Below are positions 19,425 to 31,935 of a stretch of 64,000 bases of DNA, piece after piece; position 1 is the stretch's first letter, and every line of letters starts with the position of its first letter. Both the position numbers and the translations under genes were made by a program. The notes below the pieces were generated by a model that saw only the letters and a program-made list of their open reading frames with translations, had not been told where the DNA came from and did not search any database. The stretch comes from Angustibacter luteus (GTDB lineage: Bacteria > Actinomycetota > Actinomycetes > Actinomycetales > Angustibacteraceae). The DNA lies in NCBI RefSeq assembly GCF_039541115.1, contig NZ_BAABFP010000002.1:868001-932000 (forward strand), written 5' to 3'.

Positions 19425-19874
19425 ATGAGCTTTCGCGCGACGCTCCAGCTGCACGGCAGGACGGCCACCGGGATCGAGGTGCCGGACGCGGAGGTCGAGG
19501 CGCTCGGGTCCGGACGTCAGCCCGCGGTCGAGGTGACCCTGAACGGCTACTCGTACCGCTCGACCGTGGCGGTTCGAGGCGGCGTCTACCTGATCCCGGT
19601 GAGCGCCGAGGTCCGCGCTGCCGCAGGGGTTTCGGCCGGTGACGAGGTGGACGTCACCCTCGTCCTCGACACGGCGCCGCGCACCGTGGAGGTGCCCGAG
19701 GACCTGGCCGCCGCCCTGGCCGACGAGCCGGCCGCGCGGGCGTTCTTCGACGGGCTCTCGCCCAGCAAGCAGAAGTGGTTCACGACGAGCGTGACCGGGG
19801 CGAAGCAGGAGCAGACGCGCCGACGGCGGGTCGAGACCGCCGTCCAGCTGCTGCGCGAGGGCCGCAGCCGCTAG
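19425..19874 (+). CDS. DUF1905 + YdeI/OmpD-associated domain protein
   Basis: MSFRATLQLHGRTATGIEVP, YSYRSTVA, R.VEVPEDLAAAL, AKQEQTRRRRV. Confidence 0.88.
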   Translation: MSFRATLQLHGRTATGIEVPDAEVEALGSGRQPAVEVTLNGYSYRSTVAVRGGVYLIPVSAEVRAAAGVSAGDEVDVTLVLDTAPRTVEVPEDLAAALADEPAARAFFDGLSPSKQKWFTTSVTGAKQEQTRRRRVETAVQLLREGRSR

Positions 19875-20095
19875 CCCTGGTCGGGCTGATCGGCGCCGGG
19901 TTGACCGACGTCGGGCGACCCACCCCGGCCGTCGGTGCGCAGGCTGGTGTCCAGGTCGTCGTCCAGGCTGTCCACCTCACCCGAGGGGTCGACCTGCGGC
20001 TCCCCCTCGACCGGGGACACGCCACGGCTGTCCAGGTTGCCGGCGGTGTGGTCGCTGGGCTCGGCGGCGCGCGGGCTCTCGTCCTGTTCGCTCAT
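19871..20095 (-). CDS. Small acidic hypothetical protein
   Basis: 74-aa D/E/S/P-rich ORF filling the gap downstream of guaB; no recognisable motif. Confidence 0.45.
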   Translation of the reverse strand: MSEQDESPRAAEPSDHTAGNLDSRGVSPVEGEPQVDPSGEVDSLDDDLDTSLRTDGRGGSPDVGQPGADQPDQG

Positions 20096-20174
20096 GCCGT
20101 CCAACGTGTCACGGACGCCGGGCGCCGCAACTCGGGAGGACCGCTCGGACCGACCGGATCCCAGCAGTCCCGGC

Positions 20175-22359
<2,185 letters not shown>

Positions 22360-22444
22360 GCGCGGTGTCCTCCAGGTCCGGTCCTGCCGTCCACCCCCGT
22401 GGGCGGTCGGCGGCACGGCCTGAGCTCGACCGTGTCCGGATGCT

Positions 22445-22473
22445 TCATCGGCACGAACCGCACCGGACCTGAG
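22445..22473 (-). promoter_or_regulatory. Candidate sigma28 (FliA/WhiG-type) promoter CTCA-N17-GCCGATGA upstream of bldM
   Basis: Minus strand reads CTCA ggtccggtgcggttcgt GCCGATGA; the -10 is 7/8 to GCCGATAA. Confidence 0.5.
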
Positions 22474-22502
22474 CACTAGCCCGATCGGGTGCTACCCGGC
22501 GG

Positions 22503-23456
22503 TCACAGGATCGAGGCGATGATCTCCTCGACCGTGTCGGTGAGGGACTCGACCGAGGTCACGTACGGCGGCACGTCCCGTCCCCAGCCCGGGCCACCGA
22601 CGAGCACCCGGGGGGCCGGACGCACCCGGGCGAGCTCTGCGAGGACGTCGGTGGACTGCACGGGCATCGAGGCGTACAGCATCACGACGGCGGGACCGCT
22701 GCGCCGTACGGCGGCGAGCAGCGCGTCATCCGGCACCCGCATGCCGAGCTGGCGGACCAGCACGCCACGCTCGGCCAGCGCGGCGGACACGGCGTGCAGC
22801 GGCAGGCTGTGCTGCTCGTCCGTGGGACAGGCCAGCACGACCTGGGCGGTGTTGCGCGGACGCTCGAGGGTCACGGTGGTGGCGTTGAGCACGCTGGTCA
22901 GGCACTCGCTGAACAGGTGCTCGACCTCGACGCCCTCGCCGGTGGAGGCGAACCGCTCACCGAGGCCGATGAGCACGGGTGAGACGAGCGACTCCCACGT
23001 CGCCACGACGCCCTCGGTGCGGATCTGGCGCCGCAGCACCTCGGTGATCCCGTGCGCGTCGAGGGTCATGGACGCGCGGGCCAGCCCGCGCGCCGCGGCC
23101 GAGGCCTCGCGCAGCGGGACCACCCGCCCGCCGCCGGCGCGGGCGACGCGCTCGCCGACGACGTCCAGCTCGGTGACGCCGCTCTCCTCCGTCGGGTCAC
23201 CGCTGAGTGCGTACTCGGCCGCCTGGGCGGGCGAGAGGCCCTCGTGGGTGAGCCGGCGCATGACCACCAGCCGGGCCAGGTCGGTCGAGTTGTAGCGCCG
23301 GTGCGAGCCGGCGGTGTGGTCGGTGGGCCCGAGGCCGTATCGGCGCGCCCAGGTGCGCAGAGTCGCCGGAGCGACGCCGAGCCGTTTGGCGACGGCCGCC
23401 ACGGTCAAGGTCGACGACTCGGGCAGCCCCGTGTCCTGAGTCCGACGCTCGATCAC
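22503..23456 (-). CDS. MerR-family regulator with cobalamin-binding domain (CarH/LitR-like)
   Basis: HTH LTVAAVAKRLGVAPATLRTWARRYG...HRRY; F-x9-EH (GERFASTGEGVEVEH), EQHSLP, LVGGPGW. Confidence 0.87.
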   Translation of the reverse strand: MIERRTQDTGLPESSTLTVAAVAKRLGVAPATLRTWARRYGLGPTDHTAGSHRRYNSTDLARLVVMRRLTHEGLSPAQAAEYALSGDPTEESGVTELDVVGERVARAGGGRVVPLREASAAARGLARASMTLDAHGITEVLRRQIRTEGVVATWESLVSPVLIGLGERFASTGEGVEVEHLFSECLTSVLNATTVTLERPRNTAQVVLACPTDEQHSLPLHAVSAALAERGVLVRQLGMRVPDDALLAAVRRSGPAVVMLYASMPVQSTDVLAELARVRPAPRVLVGGPGWGRDVPPYVTSVESLTDTVEEIIASIL

Positions 23457-23745
23457 GTCACACAGTCTCGACGGTGCGGGCTGTGCTCGCCACTCGGTCT
23501 CCAGATCGGCTGCCAGGTGCGGCTGGCGCGGGGTGACCGCTCGCCGCCCGCCGACGACCGCTGGGCGATGGACGGTGAGAGCGCGAGAAAGATCCTTAGA
23601 CAGCCTCTTGAACTATGTCTGGCGCGGTTGTACGTTGATCTTGCGAATCGCTTCAAGGGTGGTTCAACCAGTGGAGAATTGATCATGCATCGCCTCGCTC
23701 GAGCCATGGGCGGGACCACGTTCGACGCAGTGGAAGGCCTTTCAG

Positions 23746-24048
23746 ATGGCTGAGATCTCACGACTTCCCGGACCGGTAGCGGATCTGTGGGAGTGGCAGT
23801 ACCAGGGCGCGTGCCGTCGGGTCGACTCGTCGGTGTTCTTCCACCCCGAGGGCGAGCGTGGCCCGACCCGCCGCCGCCGCGACGACGCCGCCAAGGCGGT
23901 CTGCTCCACCTGCCCGGTCATCGACGCCTGTCGTCAGCACGCGCTCACCGTTCGTGAGCCGTACGGCGTGTGGGGCGCGATGACGGAGGACGAGCGCGAG
24001 GCGGTCTACGCGCGGACCAAGGCGGACGGGCTGGCCACCGCCAGCTGA
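23746..24048 (+). CDS. whiD: WhiB-family Fe-S transcription factor, WhiD/WhiB3 type
   Basis: ISRLPGPVADLWEWQ..GACR, FFHPEGERG, AKAVCSTCPV..CRQHAL.VREPYGVWG. Confidence 0.92.
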   Translation: MAEISRLPGPVADLWEWQYQGACRRVDSSVFFHPEGERGPTRRRRDDAAKAVCSTCPVIDACRQHALTVREPYGVWGAMTEDEREAVYARTKADGLATAS

Positions 24049-24062
24049 GGCCCGCGAGACAG

Positions 24063-24100
24063 CGAAGCGGCCCGCCCCCTGCTGGGGGCGGGCCGCTTCG
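24063..24100. terminator. Bidirectional terminator hairpin between convergent whiD and groEL
   Basis: Perfect 17-bp stem CGAAGCGGCCCGCCCCC / GGGGGCGGGCCGCTTCG with TGCT loop; followed by about three copies of TGGTGCTGGG. Confidence 0.85.
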
Positions 24101-24139
24101 TCGTGCTGGGTGGTGCTGGGTGGTGCTGGGTCTCAGACC

Positions 24140-25768
<1,629 letters not shown>

Positions 25769-25874
25769 TCAGGTGCCTTTCGCAGAAGGGTTGCAGTACG
25801 CGACCGCCCCGGAAGGCACCGGAAGGCCGGGCCCGCCGGGGCGGTTGCTGTGCGGGCTCAGTCGCCCGCGGGTG

Positions 25875-26171
25875 TCACTTCTCGACGATCGCGAGGACGT
25901 CGCGCGCGGAGAGGATGAGGTACTCCTCGCCCGCGTACTTGACCTCGGTGCCGCCGTACTTGCTGTAGATGACCTTGTCGCCGACCTTGACGTCGAGCGG
26001 GACCCGGTTGCCGTTGTCGTCGATGCGGCCCGGGCCGATGGCCTTGACCTCGCCCTCCTGGGGCTTCTCCTTGGCGGTGTCCGGGATGACCAGGCCGGAA
26101 GCCGTGGTCGTCTCGGCCTCAACGGCCTGGACCACGATCCGGTCCTCGAGCGGCTTGATGCTGACCGACAC
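25875..26171 (-). CDS. groES: Co-chaperonin GroES
   Basis: [47 protein letters not shown] before GTG 26171. Confidence 0.99.
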   Translation of the reverse strand: MSVSIKPLEDRIVVQAVEAETTTASGLVIPDTAKEKPQEGEVKAIGPGRIDDNGNRVPLDVKVGDKVIYSKYGGTEVKYAGEEYLILSARDVLAIVEK

Positions 26172-26266
26172 TTGCTGACCTCCCCCTTCGGGAATGTCGC
26201 TGATGAACGAATGGTCTGATGGAGGCCGTCGCACCGCCGTCGCGGGGGTCGGAGCGGGGCTTCCGG

Positions 26267-26293
26267 TTGGCACACTCGGGGTGAGAGTGCCAA
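26267..26293. promoter_or_regulatory. CIRCE element 1 (HrcA operator)
   Basis: TTGGCACAC-N9-GAGTGCCAA versus consensus TTAGCACTC-N9-GAGTGCTAA. Confidence 0.85.
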
Positions 26294-26298
26294 CGCTG

Positions 26299-26328
26299 AA
26301 TCTATGCCGACGGTTAGCACTCGGTCAA
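26299..26328 (-). promoter_or_regulatory. Housekeeping-sigma promoter of groES-groEL
   Basis: Minus strand TTGACC-N18-TAGATT; the -35 lies inside CIRCE 2. Confidence 0.7.
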
Positions 26329-26340
26329 CCCGAGTGCCAA
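26314..26340. promoter_or_regulatory. CIRCE element 2 (HrcA operator)
   Basis: TTAGCACTC-GGTCAACCC-GAGTGCCAA, one mismatch to consensus. Confidence 0.92.
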
Positions 26341-26355
26341 ACCTCGCCCCCACCC

Positions 26356-26412
26356 CGCGGTGATCATGCACCTTCGCCCCAACCAGCGGGGCGAACGTGC
26401 ATGATCACCGCG
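26356..26412. repeat. REP-like palindrome, family A copy 1
   Basis: CGCGGTGATCATGCACCTTCGCCCC-7nt-GGGGCGAACGTGCATGATCACCGCG; core TGATCATGCACGTTCGCCC recurs at 37429-37494 and 56163-56222. Confidence 0.88.
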
Positions 26413-26498
26413 TTCGCCCCGGGCCGGGGCGCAGTGACAGGATGAGGCGCACTGAGGCGCTCAGCCGCCGACCAGCCGCCGACCCACCCGGAGGATCG

Positions 26499-26720
26499 AT
26501 GACCCAGCGCGTCGAAGCCGAGCTCGTGGCCAACGTGATCAAGGTGCTCGTGGCGCCCGGTGACACGGTGGCCGTCGGCGACATGGTCGTGCTGCTCGAG
26601 TCGATGAAGATGGAGATCCCGGTCGAGGTCGAGTGGGCCGGCACCATCGCCGAGGTGGGCGTCAGCGAGGGCGACGTGGTCAGCGAGGGCGACCTGATCG
26701 TCGTGGTCGACGACAAGTGA
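26499..26720 (+). CDS. Stand-alone biotin/lipoyl carrier protein
   Basis: 73 aa, LESMKMEIPV biotinylation motif, GGAGG SD. Confidence 0.9.
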   Translation: MTQRVEAELVANVIKVLVAPGDTVAVGDMVVLLESMKMEIPVEVEWAGTIAEVGVSEGDVVSEGDLIVVVDDK

Positions 26721-27931
26721 CCCCGGTGGACCTCACCGGAATGCGTTCCCTGCTCACCCCGGACGGGTGGGCGCTGCTCGAGTCGCTCCCCCCGTACGAC
26801 GAGAAGCTGGCCATCCCGCTCGGCGAACGGCTGCGCTCCGAGGGCCACGATGCCGCCACCGTCGCCGCGGCCCTGACCCAGTCGCGGCTGCGCGCGAGGG
26901 CGCACGACAAGCTCGGCCCCTTCGCCGACGCCATGCTCTTCACCCCCGACGGCCTGGAGCAGGCCACCCGGCTCGCCGTCGCCGCCCACCACGCGCGCCG
27001 GTACGTCGGCGCCGGGGTGCAGCGCGTCGCCGACCTCGGCTGCGGACTGGGCTCGGACGCGATGGCCTTCGCCGGGCTGGACCGCGCCGTCCTGGCGATC
27101 GACGCCGACGAGCTCACCGCGGCCTTCGCGACGGTCAACCTGCGGCACTGGGCGGACGTCGAGGTGCGCTGCCACGACGTCCTCACCCTCGACCTCGAAA
27201 GCATGCTCGAACCCCGCGACGGGGTGTGGCTCGACCCGGCCCGGCGGACGTCGTCCAAGGGTGGCGGCTCGCGGCGCACCTTCGACCCGGAGGCGTTCTC
27301 CCCGCCGTACTCGTTCGTGCTGGACGTCGCGCGCCGGTTCCCGGCGACGGGCGCCAAGCTGGCACCCGGCATCGCCCACCGCCTGCTGCCGGACGACGCG
27401 GAGGCGCAGTGGGTGTCCGTGCACGGGGACGTCGTCGAGTGCGCCGTGTGGTTCGGGCCGCTGGCGCGCGAGGGGGTCCGGCGCAGCGCCCTGGTGCTGG
27501 ACGCGCGGGGTTCGGCGCACGAGGTGCTCGCGGACGACCAGGCCGACCGAGCTCCGGTCGGCGCGGTCGGCACGTTCCTGCACGAGCCGGACGGCGCGGT
27601 GATCCGGGCCGGTCTGGTCGGTGAGGTCGCGGCGCAGCTCGGCTCGCGGGTGTTCGACCCGACCATCGCGTACCTGACCTCCGACCAGCCGGTCGTGTCC
27701 CCCCTCGTGCACTCGTACGCGGTCGAGGAGGTGCTGCCGTTCCACCTCAAGGCGCTGCGGGCCCTGCTCCGCGACCGTGGCGTCGGCACGCTGACCATCA
27801 AGAAGCGCGGCAGCGCCGTCGACCCCGTGCAGCTGCGTCGCCAGCTCCGGCTGACCGGCGACGGCGAGGCCACCATCGCGCTCACCCGCGTCGGCGGCCG
27901 CCCCAGCGTGCTGCTCCTGCGCCCCCTCTGA
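26717..27931 (+). CDS. Class I SAM-dependent methyltransferase with C-terminal THUMP-like domain
   Basis: FTPDGLEQATR, ADLGCGLGSD, LDPARR, AKLAPG, EPDGAVIRAGLV, TIKKRG. Start GTG 26717 (or 26726). Confidence 0.88.
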   Translation: MTPVDLTGMRSLLTPDGWALLESLPPYDEKLAIPLGERLRSEGHDAATVAAALTQSRLRARAHDKLGPFADAMLFTPDGLEQATRLAVAAHHARRYVGAGVQRVADLGCGLGSDAMAFAGLDRAVLAIDADELTAAFATVNLRHWADVEVRCHDVLTLDLESMLEPRDGVWLDPARRTSSKGGGSRRTFDPEAFSPPYSFVLDVARRFPATGAKLAPGIAHRLLPDDAEAQWVSVHGDVVECAVWFGPLAREGVRRSALVLDARGSAHEVLADDQADRAPVGAVGTFLHEPDGAVIRAGLVGEVAAQLGSRVFDPTIAYLTSDQPVVSPLVHSYAVEEVLPFHLKALRALLRDRGVGTLTIKKRGSAVDPVQLRRQLRLTGDGEATIALTRVGGRPSVLLLRPL

Positions 27932-27944
27932 GCGCGCCCGCGGA

Positions 27945-28016
27945 TTGTCGCGGGGGCACCCCGCGACGAACCTATTGGAGTAACGGCACCCCGCGACAAC
28001 ACGGGAATGGAGCAAC
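27945..28016. repeat. Short direct/inverted repeat cluster between convergent genes
   Basis: GGCACCCCGCGAC at 27955 and 27985, each followed by TGGAG(T/C)AAC; TTGTCGCGGGG (27945) can pair with either copy. Confidence 0.55.
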
Positions 28017-28050
28017 TCGCCCCAAGGGCCGCGGGACGGTGGGGTCGCCC

Positions 28051-29313
28051 TCAGCCGGTGTAGTCGAGGACGCCGTACTGCTCCCGGGTGCGCAGCGCCC
28101 ACGCGGACGCCGGCACGCTGAGCAGCCCGGCCACCAGGATGACGCCCCCGAGGACGAGCCACCCCGGCTGCCCCCACTCGATGCACAGCAGCGCGATCAG
28201 CGGCGGCCCGACGATGCCGGACAGCGAGAAGCTCATCCCCGCGAAGCCCTGGTACTGCCCCTGCCGGTCGCGCGGCGCGAGCCCCATCTGCAGCCCCCAC
28301 TGCCCGCCCGACCCGACCATCTCCCCCACCACGTGCACGCCGGCGCCGCCGACGACCAGCACCACGGCCGCCCAGGCGTCCCGCCCGCCGGACGCCGCGA
28401 TCAGCGCAAATCCACCGAGGATCCAGAACCCGGCGCGGGCCAGCGCGCGGGACGACGTCAGCACGGTCGTCGCGCCGCGCGACAACCGCACCTGGAACAG
28501 GGCCACGGACACCGTGTTGACCAGCAGGACGACCGCGACCAGCGAGTGCGGGGCCGTCGTCCGGGTGGCGATCCACAGCGGGATCGCCAGCTCCATCACC
28601 AGGAAGTGGATCGCGAAGATCCCGGTGAGGACCGAGACGACGACGTACGGGGTGTCGCGCAGCACCTGCAGCCGCGGCGCGCCCTCCTCGCGCGGCGGCG
28701 CGGGCTCGACGTGCGGGAGCAGGCGCAGGGCGAAGGCCGTGGCGACGAAGGTGAGCGCGTCGAGGCCGAACACCGACAGGTAGGCCCAGGTCTGGTCGAT
28801 CGCCAGCGCGACACCGCCGAGCAGCGCACCGAACGAGATGCCGACGTTCGTCACGGCCCGCAGGTACGCCTTGAACGCGACCGCCTGCCCGCCCTCGGCC
28901 AGCCGGGCGATCAGGCCGCTGCGCACCGCGCTGGCGCCGCGGTCGAACACGGCCTGGACGCCGAGCACCGCGCACAGCAGCCAGATGTTGTGGGTGACCA
29001 TGAGCCCGACGCTGACCACCCCGGCCAGCGCCGTGAGGGCGCAGAGCACCTCACGCGGGCCACGGGTGTCGGCGAGGTGACCCAGCGGCACCTGCCCGAG
29101 CATCCCCGCGACCGCGCCGACGGACAGCGCCAGACCGACCTGGGTGGCCGGGATCCCCACCGCGTGGGTGAAGTAGAGCGCGAACGTCGTCATCATCGCG
29201 CCGTTGCCCGCCGTGTTGACCAGGGTCGCGACGGCCAGGGTGCGCAGGTTCGGGTCGACGGGGACGCCTCGCCGGGTCAGCTTGGCCGGGGCGGGGTCCT
29301 GGACGACGGTCAT
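28051..29313 (-). CDS. MFS transporter
   Basis: 420 aa, about 12 hydrophobic segments, GHLADTRGPR MFS motif A, LAP.DRQGQYQG. Confidence 0.92.
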   Translation of the reverse strand: MTVVQDPAPAKLTRRGVPVDPNLRTLAVATLVNTAGNGAMMTTFALYFTHAVGIPATQVGLALSVGAVAGMLGQVPLGHLADTRGPREVLCALTALAGVVSVGLMVTHNIWLLCAVLGVQAVFDRGASAVRSGLIARLAEGGQAVAFKAYLRAVTNVGISFGALLGGVALAIDQTWAYLSVFGLDALTFVATAFALRLLPHVEPAPPREEGAPRLQVLRDTPYVVVSVLTGIFAIHFLVMELAIPLWIATRTTAPHSLVAVVLLVNTVSVALFQVRLSRGATTVLTSSRALARAGFWILGGFALIAASGGRDAWAAVVLVVGGAGVHVVGEMVGSGGQWGLQMGLAPRDRQGQYQGFAGMSFSLSGIVGPPLIALLCIEWGQPGWLVLGGVILVAGLLSVPASAWALRTREQYGVLDYTG

Positions 29314-29328
29314 GCGAGCACCCTAACA

Positions 29329-29352
29329 AACTATCTCGACATCAAGATAGTT
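29329..29352. promoter_or_regulatory. Palindromic operator, UrtR/TamR-type MarR site
   Basis: AACTATCTCGACATCAAGATAGTT, AT-rich near-perfect palindrome directly upstream of the TAGGGT -10 of the MFS gene. Confidence 0.7.
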
Positions 29353-30332
29353 CATTTCGAGGCGACGGAGTCCAGCCACAGCCGTCGCCAGCGATCGCCG
29401 TCCACCGCGAGGGCGACGTCGACCACCGTGGGCGGGATGCCGTGCGGGTCGTGGTCCAGGTCACCCACCCACTCGCGCCGGTCCACCACCGTCTGGCCTC
29501 GGGTGCGGGCACCGGCGAGCTCCACGTGCACTGCCAATGGAGACGTCGTCAGCCCGGCCGGGTCGACCACGGCGCAGACCGCGCCGGCGTCGCCGATGGT
29601 CGCGGACGGCGTGCCGAACTTCACGCACTGGGCTTGGACGAGGGCACCGGCGAGTCGGGTCGCCGGGGCGGCAACGGCCAGGAGCTCGACCGCCTCGTCC
29701 CGGCTGACCCGCACGTCGTAGAAGACGTCGAGGCCGTACATGGTCACCGGGATCTCGAGCTCACGGGCGGCGTCGAGCACGACCGCAGCCGCCTCCGGGT
29801 CGTGCCAGATGTTGAACTCCGCGGCCGCCGTCGCGTTGCCGACCGCCGCCGCGCCGCCCATGAACACGATGCGCCGCAAGCCTTTCGCGACCTCGGGGTA
29901 GGTGCGCAGCAGCAGGGCGATGTTGGTCAGCGGGGCGAGCGGCACGAGGGTGATCCGCTCGCCGCTGCTGGCCGCCGCGAGCAGCTCGTCACGCAGCAGC
30001 TCGACCGCGTGCCGCTGGTCGACCTCGCCGGTGGCGGCGGGCAGACCGAGGGCGGCGTGGTCGAGGTCGCCGAGGCCGTCCTCCCCGTGCACGTGCCGGG
30101 CGGCGCGGGCCGGCTCCAGCAGCGGGCGGGACGCACCGCGAGCGACCGCGACGTCGTGCCGGCCGGCCGCGGCCAGCACCAGCAGGGTGTTGCGGACGAC
30201 CTGGTCGACGTCGGCGTTGCCGGCCACGCAGGTGACCGCACGCAGGTCGAGGTCGGGGTGGCGGGCCGCGAGCAGCAGCGCGCACGCGTCGTCCAGGCCG
30301 GTGTCGACGTCCAGGATCACGGGGATGCTCAC
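29352..30332 (-). CDS. Nucleoside hydrolase (IU-NH family)
   Basis: ILDVDTGLDDA, VHGEDGLG, LAPLTNIA, MGG...GN...AEFNIWHDPEAA. Confidence 0.93.
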   Translation of the reverse strand: MSIPVILDVDTGLDDACALLLAARHPDLDLRAVTCVAGNADVDQVVRNTLLVLAAAGRHDVAVARGASRPLLEPARAARHVHGEDGLGDLDHAALGLPAATGEVDQRHAVELLRDELLAAASSGERITLVPLAPLTNIALLLRTYPEVAKGLRRIVFMGGAAAVGNATAAAEFNIWHDPEAAAVVLDAARELEIPVTMYGLDVFYDVRVSRDEAVELLAVAAPATRLAGALVQAQCVKFGTPSATIGDAGAVCAVVDPAGLTTSPLAVHVELAGARTRGQTVVDRREWVGDLDHDPHGIPPTVVDVALAVDGDRWRRLWLDSVASK

Positions 30333-30415
30333 CGGCCCATCCTGCCGGGTGGCCGCGCCAGACCGACAGGCCTTCGACGTGCGAGACGAGGCGATCGGGT
30401 CCAGGGTTGCCTCCC

Positions 30416-31864
30416 GTGAGCCTCGTGACGACCCGCATCCCCGCCCGCCTCGACCGCCTGCCCTGGTCCCCCTGGCACCGCATGGTGCTGGTCGGCCTCG
30501 GCACCGTCTGGATCCTGGACGGGCTGGAGGTGACGATCGTCGGCTCGCTGTCCGACCGGCTGACCGAGAAGGGCAGCGGCCTGGCCCTCACGGCCAGCCA
30601 GATCGGCGTGGCCGCAGCGATCTACGTCCTCGGTGCGTGCTTGGGCGCGCTGTTCTTCGGGCACCTCACCGAGAAGCACGGCCGCAAGAAGATGTTCTTC
30701 ATCACCCTGACCGTCTACCTGCTGGCGACGGTGGCAACGGCGTTCTCGATGAACCCGATGTACTTCTTCGTGTGCCGCTTCCTGACCGGCGCCGGCATCG
30801 GCGGCGAGTACGCGGCGATCAACTCGGCCATCGACGAGCTGATGCCGAAGAACCTGCGGGGCCGGATCGACCTGTTCATCAACGGGTCGTACTGGCTGGG
30901 CGCGGCCGCCGGCGCGGCGCTGACGATCGTCCTGCTGAACGAGGACTTCCTGCCCGCCAACATCGGCTGGCGGGTGGCGTTCGCCCTCGGCGCGGTGCTG
31001 GGTCTGGTCGTGCTGTTCGTGCGCCGCAACGTTCCGGAGAGCCCCCGCTGGCTGCTCATCCACGGCCAGGACGACGAGGCGGAACGGATCGTCGGGGACG
31101 TCGAGCACCGGGTCAGCGACGAGGTGCACGAGCCGCTGTCCGAGGTCGGCGAGGACGACGAGCTGCAGATCGAGCAGCGCGAGACCACGACGTTCCGCGA
31201 GATCGCGCGCACCCTGCTGGCCGACTACCGCAAGCGCACCCTGCTCGGCTTGTCGCTGTTCGTGGGCCAGGCCTTCCTCTACAACGCGGTGTTCTTCACC
31301 CAAGGCCTCGTGCTGACCACGTTCTTCGGCGTCGGGTCGGGCTCGGCCGGCTGGTACATCATCCCGTTGGCGCTGGGTAACTTCCTCGGGCCGTTGCTGC
31401 TGGGTCGGCTGTTCGACACCGTGGGTCGGCGCGTCATGATCTCGATCTGCTACGTCGGGAGCGGGCTGCTGCTGGTCGCCACGGCGCTGTTCCTGACGGG
31501 CCTCAACGCGACCACGCTCACCCTGTGCTGGTGCGCCGTGTTCTTCCTGGCCTCGGCCGGCACCAGCGCGGCGTACCTGACGGTCAGCGAGATCTTCCCG
31601 ATGGAGACCCGCGCGATGTCCATCGCGTTGTTCTACGCCGTCGGCACCGGGCTCGGCGGCATCATCGGCCCGCTGCTGTTCGGCAAGCTGGTCGCGACCG
31701 AGCAGCTCAGCAACGTCGCGATCGGCTACTACCTCGGGGCCGCGCTGATGATCGCCGGCGGGGTGGTCGAGGCCTTCGTGGGCGTGGACGCGGAGCAGCG
31801 CTCGCTGGAGGACATCGCCGAGCCGCTGTCGTCGCAGGACGCCGCGGACGAGCCGACCGGCTGA
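30416..31864 (+). CDS. MFS transporter (sugar-porter-like)
   Basis: RLDRLPWS, WILDGLE, GRKK, GIGGEYAAINSAIDE, PESPRWL, SEIFPMETR. Confidence 0.93.
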   Translation: MSLVTTRIPARLDRLPWSPWHRMVLVGLGTVWILDGLEVTIVGSLSDRLTEKGSGLALTASQIGVAAAIYVLGACLGALFFGHLTEKHGRKKMFFITLTVYLLATVATAFSMNPMYFFVCRFLTGAGIGGEYAAINSAIDELMPKNLRGRIDLFINGSYWLGAAAGAALTIVLLNEDFLPANIGWRVAFALGAVLGLVVLFVRRNVPESPRWLLIHGQDDEAERIVGDVEHRVSDEVHEPLSEVGEDDELQIEQRETTTFREIARTLLADYRKRTLLGLSLFVGQAFLYNAVFFTQGLVLTTFFGVGSGSAGWYIIPLALGNFLGPLLLGRLFDTVGRRVMISICYVGSGLLLVATALFLTGLNATTLTLCWCAVFFLASAGTSAAYLTVSEIFPMETRAMSIALFYAVGTGLGGIIGPLLFGKLVATEQLSNVAIGYYLGAALMIAGGVVEAFVGVDAEQRSLEDIAEPLSSQDAADEPTG

Positions 31865-31935
31865 CGCGCCTTCGCGCGGCCAGGCCGCCGGCTGGCGATG
31901 CCCGCACGGGCGTGAGGTGTGGGACCCTCTGCGCC

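Noticed and set aside
23457..23745. Cobalamin riboswitch or BldN promoter in the MerR-whiD intergenic region
   Set aside because: No B12-box-like sequence recognised. CGTTGA is present but the upstream element is TGAACT at 18 nt, not CGTAAC at 16 nt; too weak to call.
24103..24131. TGGTGCTGGG x3 short tandem repeat
   Set aside because: Short spacer between the groEL stop and the terminator with no evidence of separate function.
27945..28016. Possible mini-CRISPR array
   Set aside because: Only two degenerate units, no unique spacers of proper length, no cas genes.
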